Source of the DNA: Mustelus asterias
Taxonomy: Eukaryota
Direction of reading: 5' to 3'
NCBI RefSeq assembly: GCF_964213995.1
Contig: NW_027590192.1
Location: forward strand, 434,001 to 498,000
Length of the DNA: 64,000 nucleotides
The position numbers were made by a program, and so were the translations under genes. Shown here in pieces: positions 25,343 through 39,075 of this stretch (within the stretch, counting starts at the first letter, position 1; every line of letters starts with the position of its first letter). The notes below the pieces were generated by a model. The model was given only the letters and a program-made list of their open reading frames with translations. It was not told the DNA's origin and ran no database searches.

Positions 25343-26050
25343 CTGTGCAGAGGGACAGGGGTGTCCTTGTGCAGGAATCGCAAAGAGTTGGTTTGTAGGT
25401 GCAACAGGTAATTAAGAAGGCAAATGGAATTTTGTCCTTCATTGCGAGAGGGATGGAGTTTAAAAACAGCGAGATTATGTTGCAGCTGTATAAGGTGCTG
25501 GTGAGGCCACACCTGGAGTACCGTGTACAGTTTTGGTCTCCTTACTTGAGAAAGGATATACTGGCACTGGAGGGGGTGCAGAGGAGATTCACGAGGTTGA
25601 TTCTGGAGTTGAGAGGGTTGGCTTATGAGGAGAGACTGAGTAAATTGGGGCTATGCTCATTGGAATTCAGAAGAATGAGGGGAGATCTTATAGAAACATA
25701 TAAGATTATGAAGGGAATAGATAAGATAGAAGCAGGGAAGTTGTTTCCACTGGCGGGTGAAACTAGAACTTGGGGGCATAGCCTCAAAATAAGGGGAAGC
25801 AGATTTAGGACTGAGTTGAGGAGGAACTTCTTCACACAAAGGGTTGTGAATCTGTGGAATTCCCTGCCCAGTGAAGCAGTTGGGGCTACCTCATTGAATG
25901 TTTTTAAGGCAAGAATAGATAAATTATTGAACAGTAAAGGAATTAAGGGCTATGGTGAGCGGGCGTGTAAGTGGAGCTGAGTCCACAAAAAGATCAGCCA
26001 TGAGGCTCGAGGGGCCCGATGGCCGACTCCTGCTCCTAGTTCTTATGTTC

Positions 26051-26145
26051 TTCCCACAATCCCCACATTTCCATGGCATCTCCCTGTGACTGCAAATTAT
26101 GTTCCAAAAGGCCAGATGATTGGTTGAAGCTTTCACCACACCTGA
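26051..26145 (-). pseudogene. Zinc-finger relic cut by CR1 (mirror at ~41290-41385)
   Basis: [30 protein letters not shown] abutting the CR1 3' tail. Confidence 0.7.
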
Positions 26146-28039
26146 CTAAACCTCTGACTAACCTGACTAAAACTGAGGATAAAGTATTGGTGTCTGTAAG
26201 GGCTAAAACAATACCCTTGGCTTCCTTGTAGATCTATGGCACCAAGTTCAAGACTCCTTCATGAATCATCCTCTTGGCCTCTAGCCTGTCAACTGTCCAT
26301 GAGAATCTTATAGGTTTCAGAATGTTCACTGCTCATTCTTCCAAACCTAATGAGTATAGGTGCAACCCTTCCCCAAAAGACGAGTTGGATTCTGCGGCAT
26401 CACTTGCCCCGAGGTCAAAGGTCCTTTGTGTGGTCCACCCCCTGGCCTGCTACGATTCCTGTGGTGGGTGGGATGGGAGAATTCTCCCCTACACCTTCAC
26501 AACCTTTCCTCAAAAGGCAACACCTTCATCTTAGGAATGGGCCTGGTGAACGTTCTCTGAACTCATTCCAATGAAAGCATGTCATTCCATCAGTAGGGAG
26601 ACCAGAACCGTACACAGTATTCCAGCTGCTATCTCAGCAATGTCCTGTGTAGGTGCAGCAAGTTCCCTTTTTCAAACTCCACCCCCTTGCAGTAAAGTCC
26701 AACACTCCATTTGCCGCCTTCTTTACTTGCTGTACCTTCATCCTATTTGTTCACGATTCATGTACAAGGTCACCCAGATTCCTCTCTACGGCAGTATTCT
26801 TCAGTTTCTGTACATTTAAACAATTTTTTGCTTCTCTATTCTTCCTGCCAAAGTGGAAAAGCTCCCACTTTCCCGCACTATACTCCATCTGCCATTTTTC
26901 TGTCCATTCAGGTAACTTATCTGCGTCCCTTACAGATTTTTTGTAATAACCTCACAACTTGCTTTTCTACCTATCTTTGTATCATCAATTCTGGCTTCAT
27001 CCAAGTCATTGATCAAGGTGGCTGTTTTTCTCTCTCTCAGTTGTGGGTGATATTTGTCTCTATTCTCCTGGAAACTGAATGAATCTTGTTCCAAACTGGG
27101 TTCAATATCAGACATTTCAGGGAGTCAGGAATCATTCGCCCCTGAACCTACACTGGTAAAACCCCAGGCAGTTCCTCAGTCAGGATTTTTCTGGTTCCTC
27201 ACCATATATTAGTCAGGATACTGAAACCCAGCTTTTTTACAGTCCACTCCTGGAGGCCCCACTCCCTGAGCCGACAACATTCAGCAGTGTCAGTGCTGAA
27301 GTTTCACAGTGGGAGTGATTCCCAGAGTAACTGTCAATCAGATCACCATTGATGTCCAGGTTTGTGTATTTTTAGTTATCCTGATGTCTAACACACACAC
27401 ATCAATAAAACAGGGAATTCCTGCAAACAAACTGCAGCTTCTTCTCTGTCTGGACAGACAATGTTTGTTGAATAATTGTCCCAGCGGTTAACAGGCTCCT
27501 GTGAACTCATCCAACTCGTATTTTAATACTGACTTTAACAAATATATTTTAAACAGGTTTATTTTAAATGAGTTAAAACCAGCCTTAAAATGGTATATAT
27601 AGTATAACAACCATAGTACTTTTCAGACTGGAAACTTTAACCTGCTGTTTCACTTTGATTTAGGAGCAGATCCCAGTTTTACACCAGTCTCTGATTCATG
27701 TATCCAGCATTCACCGTCATTCTAAAAGCAGAAGTTGCTGCAAAATCTCAGTAAGTCTGACAGAATCTGTAAAGTCAGGAACAATTAATGTTTCCAGTTG
27801 AATGTGACTCTTCTTCAGTGTCAAAACATTAGCTCTGTTTCTCTCTCCAGAGATGCTGTCAGACCTGCTGAGTTTTTACAGCACTTCTTGTTTTTATTTA
27901 CGAGTTCAGGACTCAGACTAGACAATCCACAATACAAATCTTACAACTGGGCCAGGGTTTATTAACATCAGCAGAAACAGACACCAATGAAAATGGTTGG
28001 GACCTCGATGAGATTAACAGCAAAATTCAGTCCTTGCAG

Positions 28040-28360
28040 TCACTCATGAACATGATGGTGTTTCAGCAGGTGAGGTGACTGAGTGAATCCCTTCCCACAC
28101 ACGGAGCAGGTGAATGGCCTGTCCCCAGTGTGAATTCGCTGGTGCTTTACCAGGTTGGATGATTGACTGAATCCCTTGCCACAATCAGAGCAAGTGAATG
28201 GTCTCTCCCCAGTGTGAACTCGCTGGTGTCTCCGCAAGGTGGATGAATCAATAAATCCCTTCCCACACTCAGAGCAGATAAATGGCCTCTCCCTATTATG
28301 AATTCTCTGGTGTTTCAGCAGGTCGGATGAATCAGTGAATCCCTTCCCACAATCAGAGCA
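28040..28360 (-). other. Four-finger C2H2 cassette downstream of the ZNF-3 stop, same frame
   Basis: ORF 28040-28444 has no ATG start in the track and contains 4 intact fingers. Confidence 0.7.
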
Positions 28361-28453
28361 TCCTCCCCATTGACCAACTGTGAGAATGAACAAAATGCAG
28401 TCCTGGATGTAATTGAGAACAGAAACAATAACAGCAGAATCCAACCCCTGGAA

Positions 28454-29044
28454 TCACTCGTGAACTCGTTGGTGTCTCAGCAGGTGGGATGACCGAGTGA
28501 ATCTCTTCTCACACTGAGAGCAGGTGAACGGCCTCTCTCCAGTGTGAACTCGCTGGTGTATCCGCAGGCTGGATAATCGAGTGAATCTCTTCTCACATTG
28601 AGAGCAGGTGAACGGCCTCTCCCCAGTGTGAACTCGCTGGTGGCTCAGCAGGCTCGATGACTGAGTGAATCCCTTCCCACACTGAGAGCAGGTGAACGGC
28701 CTCTCCCCAGTGTGAACTCGCTGGTGTGTCTGCAGGCTGGATGAATCACAGAATCCCTTCCCACACTGAGAGCACATGAACAGCCTCTCCCCAGTGTGAA
28801 CTCGCTGGTGTGACTGCAGATGGGATGACCGAGTGAATCCCTTCCCACACTGAGAACACGTGAACGGTCTCTCTCCAGTGTGAACTCGCTGGTGTGACCG
28901 CAGGTGGGATAACTGAGTGAATCCCTCCCCACACTGAGAGCAGGTGAACGGCCTCTCCCCAGTGTGGCTGCGCCGATGAGCTTCCAGCTGTGATGGGGCT
29001 CTGTATCTCTTCCCACAGTCCCCACATTTCCATGGTTTCTCCAT
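28454..29044 (-). CDS. C2H2 zinc-finger protein, 7 fingers (ZNF-3)
   Basis: ATG of MEKPWKC at 29044 within ORF 28454-29080. Confidence 0.9.
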   Translation of the reverse strand: MEKPWKCGDCGKRYRAPSQLEAHRRSHTGERPFTCSQCGEGFTQLSHLRSHQRVHTGERPFTCSQCGKGFTRSSHLQSHQRVHTGERLFMCSQCGKGFCDSSSLQTHQRVHTGERPFTCSQCGKGFTQSSSLLSHQRVHTGERPFTCSQCEKRFTRLSSLRIHQRVHTGERPFTCSQCEKRFTRSSHLLRHQRVHE

Positions 29045-31004
29045 GGTGCAGGTGTCCTTGCCTCTCTCTTGGGTGGACAATCAGTTGAAGCCTTGTCCAC
29101 ACACACAACACGGGTACCGTCTCACCCTGCTGTGAATGATGTGATAGTTATTCAGGCTGTGTAACTGGTTAAAGCTCTTTAGTCAGTGCACTGGAACACT
29201 CTCACTCGAGTGTGGCCGTGTGTCGGTGCTTTTCCAGTCACACTGACACTTGAAATCTTTTCAAATCAACAGACTGGACAACCTTTTCTCCTTCTAGATT
29301 CAAAGGCCGATGATATTCAGCTCCCATGGAATATGACTGTCAGATCTGACGTGACGTTTGAGATTTCGGCCTGTGATTCCTCTTTCAATATCCTGTAAAA
29401 CAAGTTTACAAAAGTCATCAGTGTCAGTACAGGATAGAAATTCAGAACAGACAATTCTAGTTTCTATGGAACATTCTTTCCTATTTCAGTCCAAAAAAGC
29501 TGTGAATCTCCATTCCACACACTCTCCCTCCATTCTCACTCTGCTGTATCTAATATTCACCCTCCCAATTCTCCTGAAGGTGCTGATTGAGGCTGATTGA
29601 CAGATCCATGCTCACTGCTTCCTGTCCTGGACACAGAGACCATAACAAATAGGAGCTGCAGTCGGCCATTTGGCCCATCGAGCCTTTTAAACTATTCAAT
29701 GAGATAATTCATTCATCTACCTCAGCATCATTCTCCCCACACTAAACCCATATCCCTTGATATCTTCAATATCTAGCAACCAATCAATCGCTCTCTTGAA
29801 AATAGTTGATGACTGAGGCTTCACTGTCCTCAGGGGTTGAGAATTCCAAAGCTTTACCACATCCTTGAGTGAAGAAATCCCCCCACATCTTAGCTTTTGC
29901 TCCATCTTCTTGTCTGTTCCCCATAACCCTTGACACCCTTGTCAGTCAAAGATCTGTCTAACTGGAATATATTCAATGATCCTCAGCCTCCACTGGTCCC
30001 TGTGGAAGAGAAATCCAAAAGACTAACAACCCTCTGAGGGAAGAGATGTCTGGAAATATATAACGTAGCTACAGTTCCATATTGCAAGATATTCAGATCC
30101 CAAGGAATATGACTCTGTCCAGATGTGACGATTGAGATTTTTGCCTGTGATTCCTTGTTCAAAATCCTGTGAAATGAGTTTGCAAAAGTCATCACAGTCA
30201 GTATAGGATAGAAATTCAGAGCAGACAATTCTAGTTTCTATGGAACATTCTTTCCTACTTCATTCCCAAAAAGTTGTAAATCTCCATCCATATCTATGGA
30301 TTCTATTTAAAAATGAAAGTGGATGGGCACTTGAAGGAAATAAACTTTCAGGAGAATGGGATATAGAGTGGGAATGGGACTGGAATGTTATACAGAGAGT
30401 CAGCATGGACTCGAGTTACCGAATGGATTCCTTCTGTGCTGTAATGACTTTATGACTGGAAATGTATAACATCGCTGCAGCATTATATTACAATGCAAGA
30501 AATAATAATAAATATATATTACAGAAACATAAATAATATATCTCATCTGGGTACCATATAATAACACTAGACATATCTCTGTTCTATATTAATTTACTGT
30601 CCCCTTAAATGTCAGCCATCTCCTGCCCTTTAATTGTGAACATTTGGAAAGAGACCATCCTTTTAGACAGAAAGAAGATTAACGTTTCAGGGTGGGCAGA
30701 ATGAATTACAGGGAATAAAAATGTATCAGATTTTGTTGGTCAATATAAGCTCAGAAGTGGAAGGGAAATGATCTCCAGTGGAAGAGAAACAATTCCTGAA
30801 CATTGTAAGACTAAGCTGGTAAATCAGCAGTGAATAGAGTTGTGAAGTGGGAAAAACCTCATCAAGACAAAGCTTGCGGAAATAATAGTTAAAATACACC
30901 CATTATTAGAGGTAGAGGAAGGTAGACAATGGCAGAGAGCTGATCAGGGAGGGCAGAGGTGAAACAGAGAAATGGATGGCTGTTTAAAAATTCATAAAAA
31001 GCAT

Positions 31005-31855
31005 GGTTAGCAAGTTTGCAGACGATACTAAATTAGGAGGTATCACTGATAGTGAAAAAGGTTATCAAAAATTACAGGGGGATCTTCATCAGTTGATCGG
31101 TTAAGGAAGTGGGCCGATGATTGGCAAATGGATTTCAGTACAGATAATACAGAGTACAGAGGCACAACCTCAGGCTAAAGGTACGATCCTTTAAAACTGA
31201 GATAAGGATGAATTTCTTCAGCCAGAGAGTGGTGAATTTGTGGAACTCTTTGCCGCAGGAGGCTGTGAAGACCAGGTCATTGACTGTCTGTAAGACAGAG
31301 ATAGATAGGTTCTTGATTAATAAGGAGATCAGGGGTGATGGGAAAAAGGCAGGAGAATGGGGATGAGAAAAATATCAGCCATGATTGAATGGCGGAGCAG
31401 ACTCGATGGGCCGAGTGGCCTAATTCTGCTCCTATGTCTTATGGTCTTAAGTGTGAGTGTTGCATTTTGGAAAGTCAAACCAGGGTAGGACTTATACAGT
31501 GAATGGTAAGGCCCTGGGGAGTGTTGAGGAACAGAGGAACCCAGGAGTACAAGTATATCGTTCGTTGAAAGTGATGTCACAGGTAGACAGAGTGGTGAAG
31601 AAGGCATTTAGCACACTGGCCTTCATCAGTCAGGGCACTGAGTATAGGAGTTGGGACATTATGTTATAGTTGTATGAGTCGTTGGTGAGGCTGCACTTGG
31701 AGTATTGTGTACAGTTTTTGTAACCCTGTTATAGGAAAGACATTGATAAACTGGAAAGAGTGCAAAGAAGATTTATGAGGATGTTGCCGGGACTAATGGG
31801 TCTGAGTGATCATGAGAGGCTGGACAGGCTAGGGTTTATTCCTTCGAACGTAGGA
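31005..31855 (+). mobile_element. Old CR1 with a nested CR1 3' end (~31155-31449), truncated at the arm boundary
   Basis: KFADDTK at 31012, ORF 31457-31669; nested tcttatggtctt tail. Confidence 0.8.
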
Positions 31856-31869
31856 ATATTCAAGTTAAT

Positions 31870-32797
31870 ATCTGCTTAGTTTGCGGAAGACACAAAGGTT
31901 GGTGAATTTGCGGATAGCGATGAGGACCATCAAAGGATACAGCAGGATATAGATCAGTTGGAGACTTGGGCGGAGAGATGGCAGATGGAGTTTAATCCGG
32001 ACAAATGTGAGGTAATACATTTTGGAAGGTCTAATACAGATAGGAAATATACAGTAAATGGCAGAACCCATAGGAGTATTGATAGGCAAAGGGATCTGGG
32101 TGTACAGGTACACAGGTCACTGAAAGTGGCAATGCAGGTGGAGAAGGTCGTCAAGAAGACATACGACATGCTTGACATCATTGGCCGGGGTATTGATTTT
32201 AAAAATTGGCAAGTCATGTTGCAGCGTTATAGAACCTTAGTTGGGCCGCACTTGGAATATAGTGTTCAATTCTGGTCGCCACACTTCCAGAAGGATGTGG
32301 AGGCTTTGCAGAGGGTACAGAAAAGATTGACCAGGATGTTGCCTGGTATGGAGGGCATTAGCTATGAGGAGAGGTTGGAAAAACTTGGTTTGTTCTCACT
32401 GGAGTGACGGAGGTTGAGGGGAGACCTGATAGAAGTCTACAAGATTATGAGAGGCATGGACAGAGTGGATAGTCAGAAAATTTTTCCCAGAGTGGAAGAG
32501 TCAATTACTAGGGGGAATAGGTTTAAGGTGCGAGGGGTAAAGTTTATAAGAGATGCACGAGGCAGATTTTTTACACAGAGAGTGGTGGGTGCCTGGAACT
32601 CATTGTCGGGGGAGGTAGTGGAAGCAGATACGGTAGTGACTTTTCAGGGGCGTCTTGACAAGTACATGAATGAGATGGGAATAGAGGGATATGGTCCCCA
32701 GAAGGATAGAGGGTTTTAGTTAAATCGGGCAGCATGGTCGGTGCAGGCTTGGAGGGCCGAAGGGCCTGTTCCTGTGCTGTAATTTTCTTTGTTCTTA
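31870..32797 (+). mobile_element. CR1-type LINE, 5'-truncated
   Basis: ORFs 31958-32407 and 32414-32719; tctttgttctt tail. Confidence 0.9.
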
Positions 32798-33269
32798 GTA
32801 CACAAGCCAATTTATCTTTCTCGGGGTGAGTGTGTCTGAGAGGTATGCAACTGGAAAACATTTTCCATTCACCTGCTGCATTGCTGCAGTATGTAGATAT
32901 TGTTCTCACTCTGCCAGCAGGGCTGTGGGATTATTTGGATAGATCTTAAAGACAGCCCGACTGGGCAGGATGAGCCAAATAGTTTCCATCTGTGATGTAT
33001 CATTCTATAAAACAGAATATTCAGCATCAGGAGAAAGAAAGTGAAAGAAACCAGTCTCTGTGGGATTTACCCAACCAGTGTAAGTACCTTCAGGGGAGCA
33101 GAGAGGGAAACCAGTGGGAAAACCTTTAAAAACTCGGGGTATTCCCACAGGAGAGCACTGGTATAAATCAATTTTAGAAGTAGAGAATGTCAGCGCACAA
33201 ATTCCGAGGAATGCATTTTTAAAAATTAATTGATCTTAATTGCACAAGATAATTTTCTATTATCGTCTT

Positions 33270-33730
33270 TGACAATGACGCCGTTAATTCCCAGGTGCCC
33301 CTGCGGGTGTGAAAGTGTCCTATTCATTCCACAGGAGCCTATTGCGCAGGCGCAGTGTTATATCTGGAGCGTGCGCGGAGTTGAGCTCGGAGTCTTGCGA
33401 GTGCGGGATATGGCACATTTTTTAGCGGGTGAGTCGGTCGGGCTGCAGGAGAAATGGAGCCGGGAGTTGGGGTGGGGAGGGAGCTATGGCTTCCAAACAC
33501 CCGCTGTAGGCTGCAAGGCCCGAATAAGACCCTGGAGGTCCCGGGTTTACAGCTCCCAGGCTTTTATCCCGGGAACAGGCCCTGGTTATCGGCCGCCATC
33601 TTGTTTCAGCGGGGAAGGAGAGCGCATGCGCTGCTGTCGGTGTCGGGTCACAATGGGCGTGGTTTCGGGGGCTGGTTCAGAACCTCTGTCTTCAGAGGGA
33701 CAATAGGTCGCAGGGCGCATGCGCAGCTAT
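33270..33730. promoter_or_regulatory. CpG-island promoter at the centre of the palindrome
   Basis: NRF1-type motifs at 33343-33354, 33622-33631, 33715-33725; YY1-type ggccgccatcttg 33591-33603; gggaacaggccc.ggtta shared with the 19.3 and 48.7 kb promoter blocks. Confidence 0.7.
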
Positions 33731-34063
33731 CCAAGAACATCGGAATACGAATTAGGAACAGGAGCCCGTCATTCGGCCCATCGAGCCTGCTGCATCATTC
33801 AATAAGATCATGTCTACTTTGCTCCCCCCACCCCGTCCATACCCTTGACTCTCTTGTGGATCAAAACCTCAGCTTTGAATATATTCAATGACCTGCCTCC
33901 AATCCTCACTGGTGAAGACAGAGTTCCAAAGATCAACAACCCGCTGAGAGAAAAGATCTCTCTTCATCTTCATCTTAAATTTGGGATCCTTTATTTTTAC
34001 TTGATTCCCACACCAGAGGAAACATCCTCTCAGCATCGACCTTGTCAAGCACCTTATATCATA

Positions 34064-34373
34064 TGAATCATAGAATCCCTACAGTGCAGAAGGAGGCCAT
34101 TTGGCCCATCGAGTCTGTACAGACCACAATTCCACCCAGGCCCCATCCCCACAACCCCATGCATTTACCCTGCTAATCCCCCTGACACGGGTCAATTTAG
34201 CATGACCAATCCACCGAACCCGCACATCTTTGGACTGTGGGAGGAAACCAGAGCATCCGGAGGAAACCCATGCAGACATGGGGAGAATGTGCAAACTCCA
34301 TACAGACCAAAGACTGGAATTGAACCTGGGACCCTGGCACTGTGAGGCAGCAGTGCTAGCCACCGTGCCGCCC
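34064..34373 (-). mobile_element. HE1-like SINE nested in a decayed CR1 3' end (~33735-34540)
   Basis: gggcggcacggtggctagc head; ttctatgattc tail. Confidence 0.85.
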
Positions 34374-34929
34374 TTAAATTCCCAGATGTTTCATTAAGAT
34401 TACTTCTCAGTCTTCTAAACTCCAAAGAGTACAGGCCCAAGCTGCTCAACCTGAAAGATAAAACTCCTCATTTCAGGAATCAACCAACTGGATCTTCCTC
34501 GAACTGCCTCCACTGCAATTTTGTCCCAGCTGAAGTAATTCTGTGCCAGGTTAAAGGAGGAGTGAATGTTTTGAATTTCTGTTCTGGACAGATGCTGATG
34601 GATTTTGGAAACTCCTTTTACAGGGGGTTAGAAGGGAAAGATTTACTCACAGCAAACTCTGAACAAAAGAAATGTTTGTCTGTCTTGAAATTTCTAACCT
34701 TGAATTATACCTATAACTTTCCTCATTTACAGGGACAAGATTTGAAGATTGCAATATTTTTCCCGGACACCAATCTCGCTGAGATCTTTGCAGATGTAGA
34801 CTCCAGCGGATTTAAAATGTTGAAAACAGTGAAATGGTTTTGGGGTGAGTGTTACTGAGCATTAAGTTAAATTTAGAGCATGCTCTGATTCCATGGATCT
34901 CGGGCTACTGTGACTCCTTAACCATGGAT

Positions 34930-35207
34930 GGGCAGGCAATGGTGCAGTGACAGTGTCATTGGATTAGTAATACAGGGATCCAGGGCAATGCACTGTGCAC
35001 CCTGAGTTCGAATCCCACAGTGGCAGATGTTGAAATTTGAATTCAGTAAAAATCTAGAATTAGAAGTCCATTGAATACAATTGTTGTAAAAATCCAACCA
35101 ATTTAATAATGTCCTTTAAAGAAGGAAATCTACCACATCCCCCAGCAATGCAAGCCACTCAGTTCAAGGGCAATGAGTTATGGGAATAGATGCTGACACT
35201 GCCAGCA
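34930..35207 (+). mobile_element. Second, older tRNA-derived SINE family
   Basis: A box tggtgcagtg, B box gttcgaatccc; body differs from HE1; LINE-like tail caagggcaat...gatgctg. Confidence 0.55.
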
Positions 35208-35209
35208 CA

Positions 35210-36435
35210 TAGAGTCATAGAGCAATACAGCACGGAAACAGGCCCTTGGGCCCAACTGATCCATGCCAACCATGGTGCCCTCCCAGCTAGTCCCAATTGC
35301 CCATGTTTGGCTCATATCCCTCTAATCCTTTCCAATTCATGTACTTATGCTTTTTAAATGTTTAAACCTGCCTCAACCACTTTCTCTGGCAGCTCATTCC
35401 ATGTACACATCACCCTCTGCATGAAGAAGTTGCCCCTCGGGTCCCTTTTAATCTTTCCCCTCTCATCTTAAATCTATGCCCTCTAGTTTTCAATTCCCCT
35501 ACCCTGGCAAAAAGACAATGTGGGTTCATCCTATCTATGCCCCCCATGATTTAATACATCTCAATATAGTTACCCCACATTCTCCTACGTTCGAAGGAAT
35601 AAACCCTAGCCTGTCCAACCTCTCATGATCACTCAGACCCATTAGACCCGGCAACATCCTCATAAATCTTCTTTGCACTCTTTCCAGTTTATCAATGTCT
35701 TTCCTATAACAGGGTTACAAAAACTGTACACAATACTCCAAGTGCAGCCTCACCAACGACTCATACAACTATAACATAATGTCCCAACTCCTATACTCAG
35801 TGCCCTGACTGATGAAGGCCAGTGTGCTAAATGCCTTCTTCACCACTCTGTCTACCTGTGACATCACTTTCAACGAACGATATACTTGTACTCCTGGGTT
35901 CCTCTGTTCCTCAACACTCCCCAGTGCCTTACCATTCACTGTATAAGTCCTACCCTGGTTTGACTTTCCAAAATGCAACACTCACACTTAAGACCATAAG
36001 ACATAGGAGCAGAATTAGGCCACTCGGCCCATCGAGTCTGCTCCGCCATTCAATCATGGCAGATATTTTTCTCATCCCCATTCTCCTGCCTTTTTCCCAT
36101 CACCCCTGATCTCCTTATTAATCAAGAACCTATCTATCTCTGTCTTACAGACAGTCAATGACCTGGTCTTCACAGCCTCCTGCGGCAAAGAGTTCCACAA
36201 ATTCACCACTCTCTGGCTGAAGAAATTCCTCCTTATCTCAGTTTTAAAGGATCGTCCCTTTAGCCTGAGGTTGTGCCTCTGTACTCTGTATTATCTGTAC
36301 TGAAATCCATTTGCCAATCATCGGCCCACTTCCTTAACCGATCAACTGATGAAGATCCCCCTGTAATTTTTGATAACCTTTTTCACTATCAGTGATACCT
36401 CCTAATTTAGTATCGTCTGCAAACTTGCTAACCAT
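35210..36435 (-). mobile_element. CR1 (parent of 31005-31855) extending past the arm boundary to its 3' tail
   Basis: ORF 35769-35981; 3' UTR and ctatgactctatg tail at ~35208-35260. Confidence 0.8.
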
Positions 36436-37808
36436 GCTTTTTATGAATTTTTAAACAGCCATCCATTTCTCTGTTTCACCTCTGCCCTCCCTGATCAGCT
36501 CTCTGCCATTGTCTACCTTCCTCTGCCTCTAATAATGGGTGTATTTTAACTATTATTTCCGCAAGCTTTGTCTTGATGAGGTTTTTACCACTTCACAACT
36601 CTGTTCACTGCTGATTTACCAGCTTAGTCTTACAATGTTCAGGAATTGTTTCTCTTCCACTGGAGATCATTTCCCTTCCACTTCTGAGCTTATATTGACC
36701 AACAAAATCTGATACATTTTTATTCCCTGTAATTCATTCTGCCCACCCTGAAACGTTAATCTTCTTTCTGTCTAAAAGGATGGTCTCTTTCCTAATGTTC
36801 ACAATTAAAGGGCAGGAGATGGCTGACATTTAAGGGGACAGTAAATTAATATAGAACAGAGATATGTCTAGTGTTATTATATGGTACCCAGATTAGATAT
36901 ATTATTTATGTTTCTGTAATATATATTTATTATTATTTCTTGCATTGTAATATAAGGCTGTAGCGATGTTATACATTTCCAGTCATAAAGTCAGTACAGC
37001 ACAGAAGGAATCCATTTGGTAACTCGATTCCATGCTGACTCTCTGCATAACATTCCAGTCCCATTCCCACTCTATATCCCATTCTCCTGAAAGTTTATTT
37101 CCTTCAAGTGCCCATCCACTTTCATTTTTAAATAGAATCCATAGATATGGATGGAGATTTACAACTTTTTGGGAATGAAATAGGAAAGAATGTTCCATAG
37201 AAACTAGAATTGTCTGCTCTGAATTTCTGTCCTATACTGACTGTGATGACTTTTGCAAACTCATTTCACAGGATTTTGAACAAGGAATCACAGGCAAAAA
37301 TCTCAATCGTCACGTCTAGACAGTCATATTCCTTGGGATCTGAATATCTTGTAATATGGAACTGTAGCTACGTTATATATTTCCAGACATCTCTTCCCTC
37401 AGAGGGTTGTTAGTCTTTTGGATTTCTCTTCCCCAGGGACCAGTGGAGGCTGAGGATCATTGAATATATTCCAGTTAGACAGATCTTTGACTGACAAGGG
37501 TGTCAAGGGTTATGGGGAACAGACAAGAAGATGGAGCAAAAGCTAAGATGTGGGGGGATTTCTTCACTCAAGGATGTGGTAAAGCTTTGGAATTCTCAAC
37601 CCCTGAGGACAGTGAAACCTCAGTCATCAACTATTTTCAAGAGAGAGATTGATTGGTTTCTAGATATTGAGGATATCAAGGGATATGGGTTTAGTGTGGG
37701 GAGAATGATGCTGAGGTAGATGAACGAATTATCTCATTGAATAGTTTAAAAGACTCGATGGGCCAAATGGCCGACTGCAGCTCCTATTTGTTCTGGTCTC
37801 TGTGTCCA

Positions 37809-38043
37809 GGACAGGAAGCAGTAAGCATGGATCTGTCAATCAGCCTCAATCAGCACCTTCAGGAGAATTGGGAGGGTGAATATTAGATACAGCAGAGTGA
37901 GAATGGAGGGAGAGTGTGTGGGATGGAGATTCACAGCTTTTTTGGACTGAAATAGGAAAGAATGTTCCATAGAAACTAGAATTGTCTGTTCTGAATTTCT
38001 ATCCTGCACTGACACTGATGACTTTTGTAAACTTGTTTTACAG
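37809..38043 (+). other. Putative short non-coding exon and intron preceding the ZNF-4 finger exon
   Basis: gggagg|gtgaat donor-like and gttttacag|gatatt acceptor-like sites; the same module recurs at 29395-29630(-), 46470-46700(-), 58735-58955(-), 60918-61149(+). Confidence 0.55.
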
Positions 38044-38391
38044 GATATTGAAAGAGGAATCACAGGCCGAAATCTCAAACGTCACGTCAGATCTGACAGT
38101 CATATTCCATGGGAGCTGAATATCATCGGCCTTTGAATCTAGAAGGAGAAAAGGTTGTCCAGTCTGTTGATTTGAAAAGATTTCAAACATCAGTGTGACT
38201 GGAAAAGCACCAACACACGGCCACACTCGAGTGAGAGTGTTCCAGTGCACTGACTAAAGAGCTTTAACCAGTTACACAGCCTGAATAAATATCACACCAT
38301 TCACAGCAGGGAGAGACGGTACCCGTGTTCTGTGTGTGGACGAGGCTTCAACTGATTGTCCACCCAAGAGAGAGGCAAGGACACCTGCACC

Positions 38392-38982
38392 ATGGAGAAA
38401 CCATGGAAATGTGCGGACTGTGGGAAGAGATACAGAGCCCCATCACAGCTGGAAGCTCATCGGCGCAGCCACACTGGGGAGAGGCCATTCATCTGCTCTC
38501 AGTGTGGGGAGGGATTCACTCAGTTATCCCACTTGCGGTCACACCAGCGAGTTCACACTGGAGAGAGACCGTTCACGTGTTCTCAGTGTGGGAAGGGATT
38601 CACTCGGTCATCCCATCTGCAGTCACACCAGCGAGTTCACACTGGGGAGAGGCTGTTCATGTGCTCTCAGTGTGGGAAGGGATTCTGTGATTCATCCAGC
38701 CTGCTGAGACACCAGCGAGTTCACACTGGGGAGAGGCCGTTCACCTGCTCTCAGTGTGGGAAGGGATTCACTCAGTCATCGAGCCTGCTGAGCCACCAGC
38801 GAGTTCACACTGGGGAGAGGCTGTTCACCTGCTCTCAATGTGAGAAGAGATTCACTCGATTATCCAGCCTGCGGATACACCAGCGAGTTCACACTGGAGA
38901 GAGGCCGTTCACCTGCTCTCAGTGTGAGAAGAGATTCACTCGGTCATCCCACCTGCTGAGACACCAACGAGTTCACGAATGA
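38392..38982 (+). CDS. C2H2 zinc-finger protein, 7 fingers (ZNF-4, inverted paralogue of ZNF-3)
   Basis: ATG of MEKPWKC at 38392 within ORF 38356-38982. Confidence 0.9.
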   Translation: MEKPWKCADCGKRYRAPSQLEAHRRSHTGERPFICSQCGEGFTQLSHLRSHQRVHTGERPFTCSQCGKGFTRSSHLQSHQRVHTGERLFMCSQCGKGFCDSSSLLRHQRVHTGERPFTCSQCGKGFTQSSSLLSHQRVHTGERLFTCSQCEKRFTRLSSLRIHQRVHTGERPFTCSQCEKRFTRSSHLLRHQRVHE

Positions 38983-39075
38983 TTCCAGGGGTTGGATTCT
39001 GCTGTTATTGTTTCTGTTCTCAATTACATCCAGGACTGCATTTTGTTCATTCTCACAGTTGGTCAATGGGGAGGA

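Larger units (their letters stand above)
23784..26050 (+). mobile_element. CR1-type LINE interrupted by a composite insertion
   Basis: ORFs 23853-24329 (RT) and 25399-25980; mirror copy at 41385-43036 is uninterrupted. Confidence 0.95.
23784..31855 (+). repeat. Left arm of large inverted duplication
   Basis: Reverse complement of 35583-42790; many mirrored ORF pairs (28454-29080/38356-38982, 27309/39945, 31457/35769). Confidence 0.95.
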
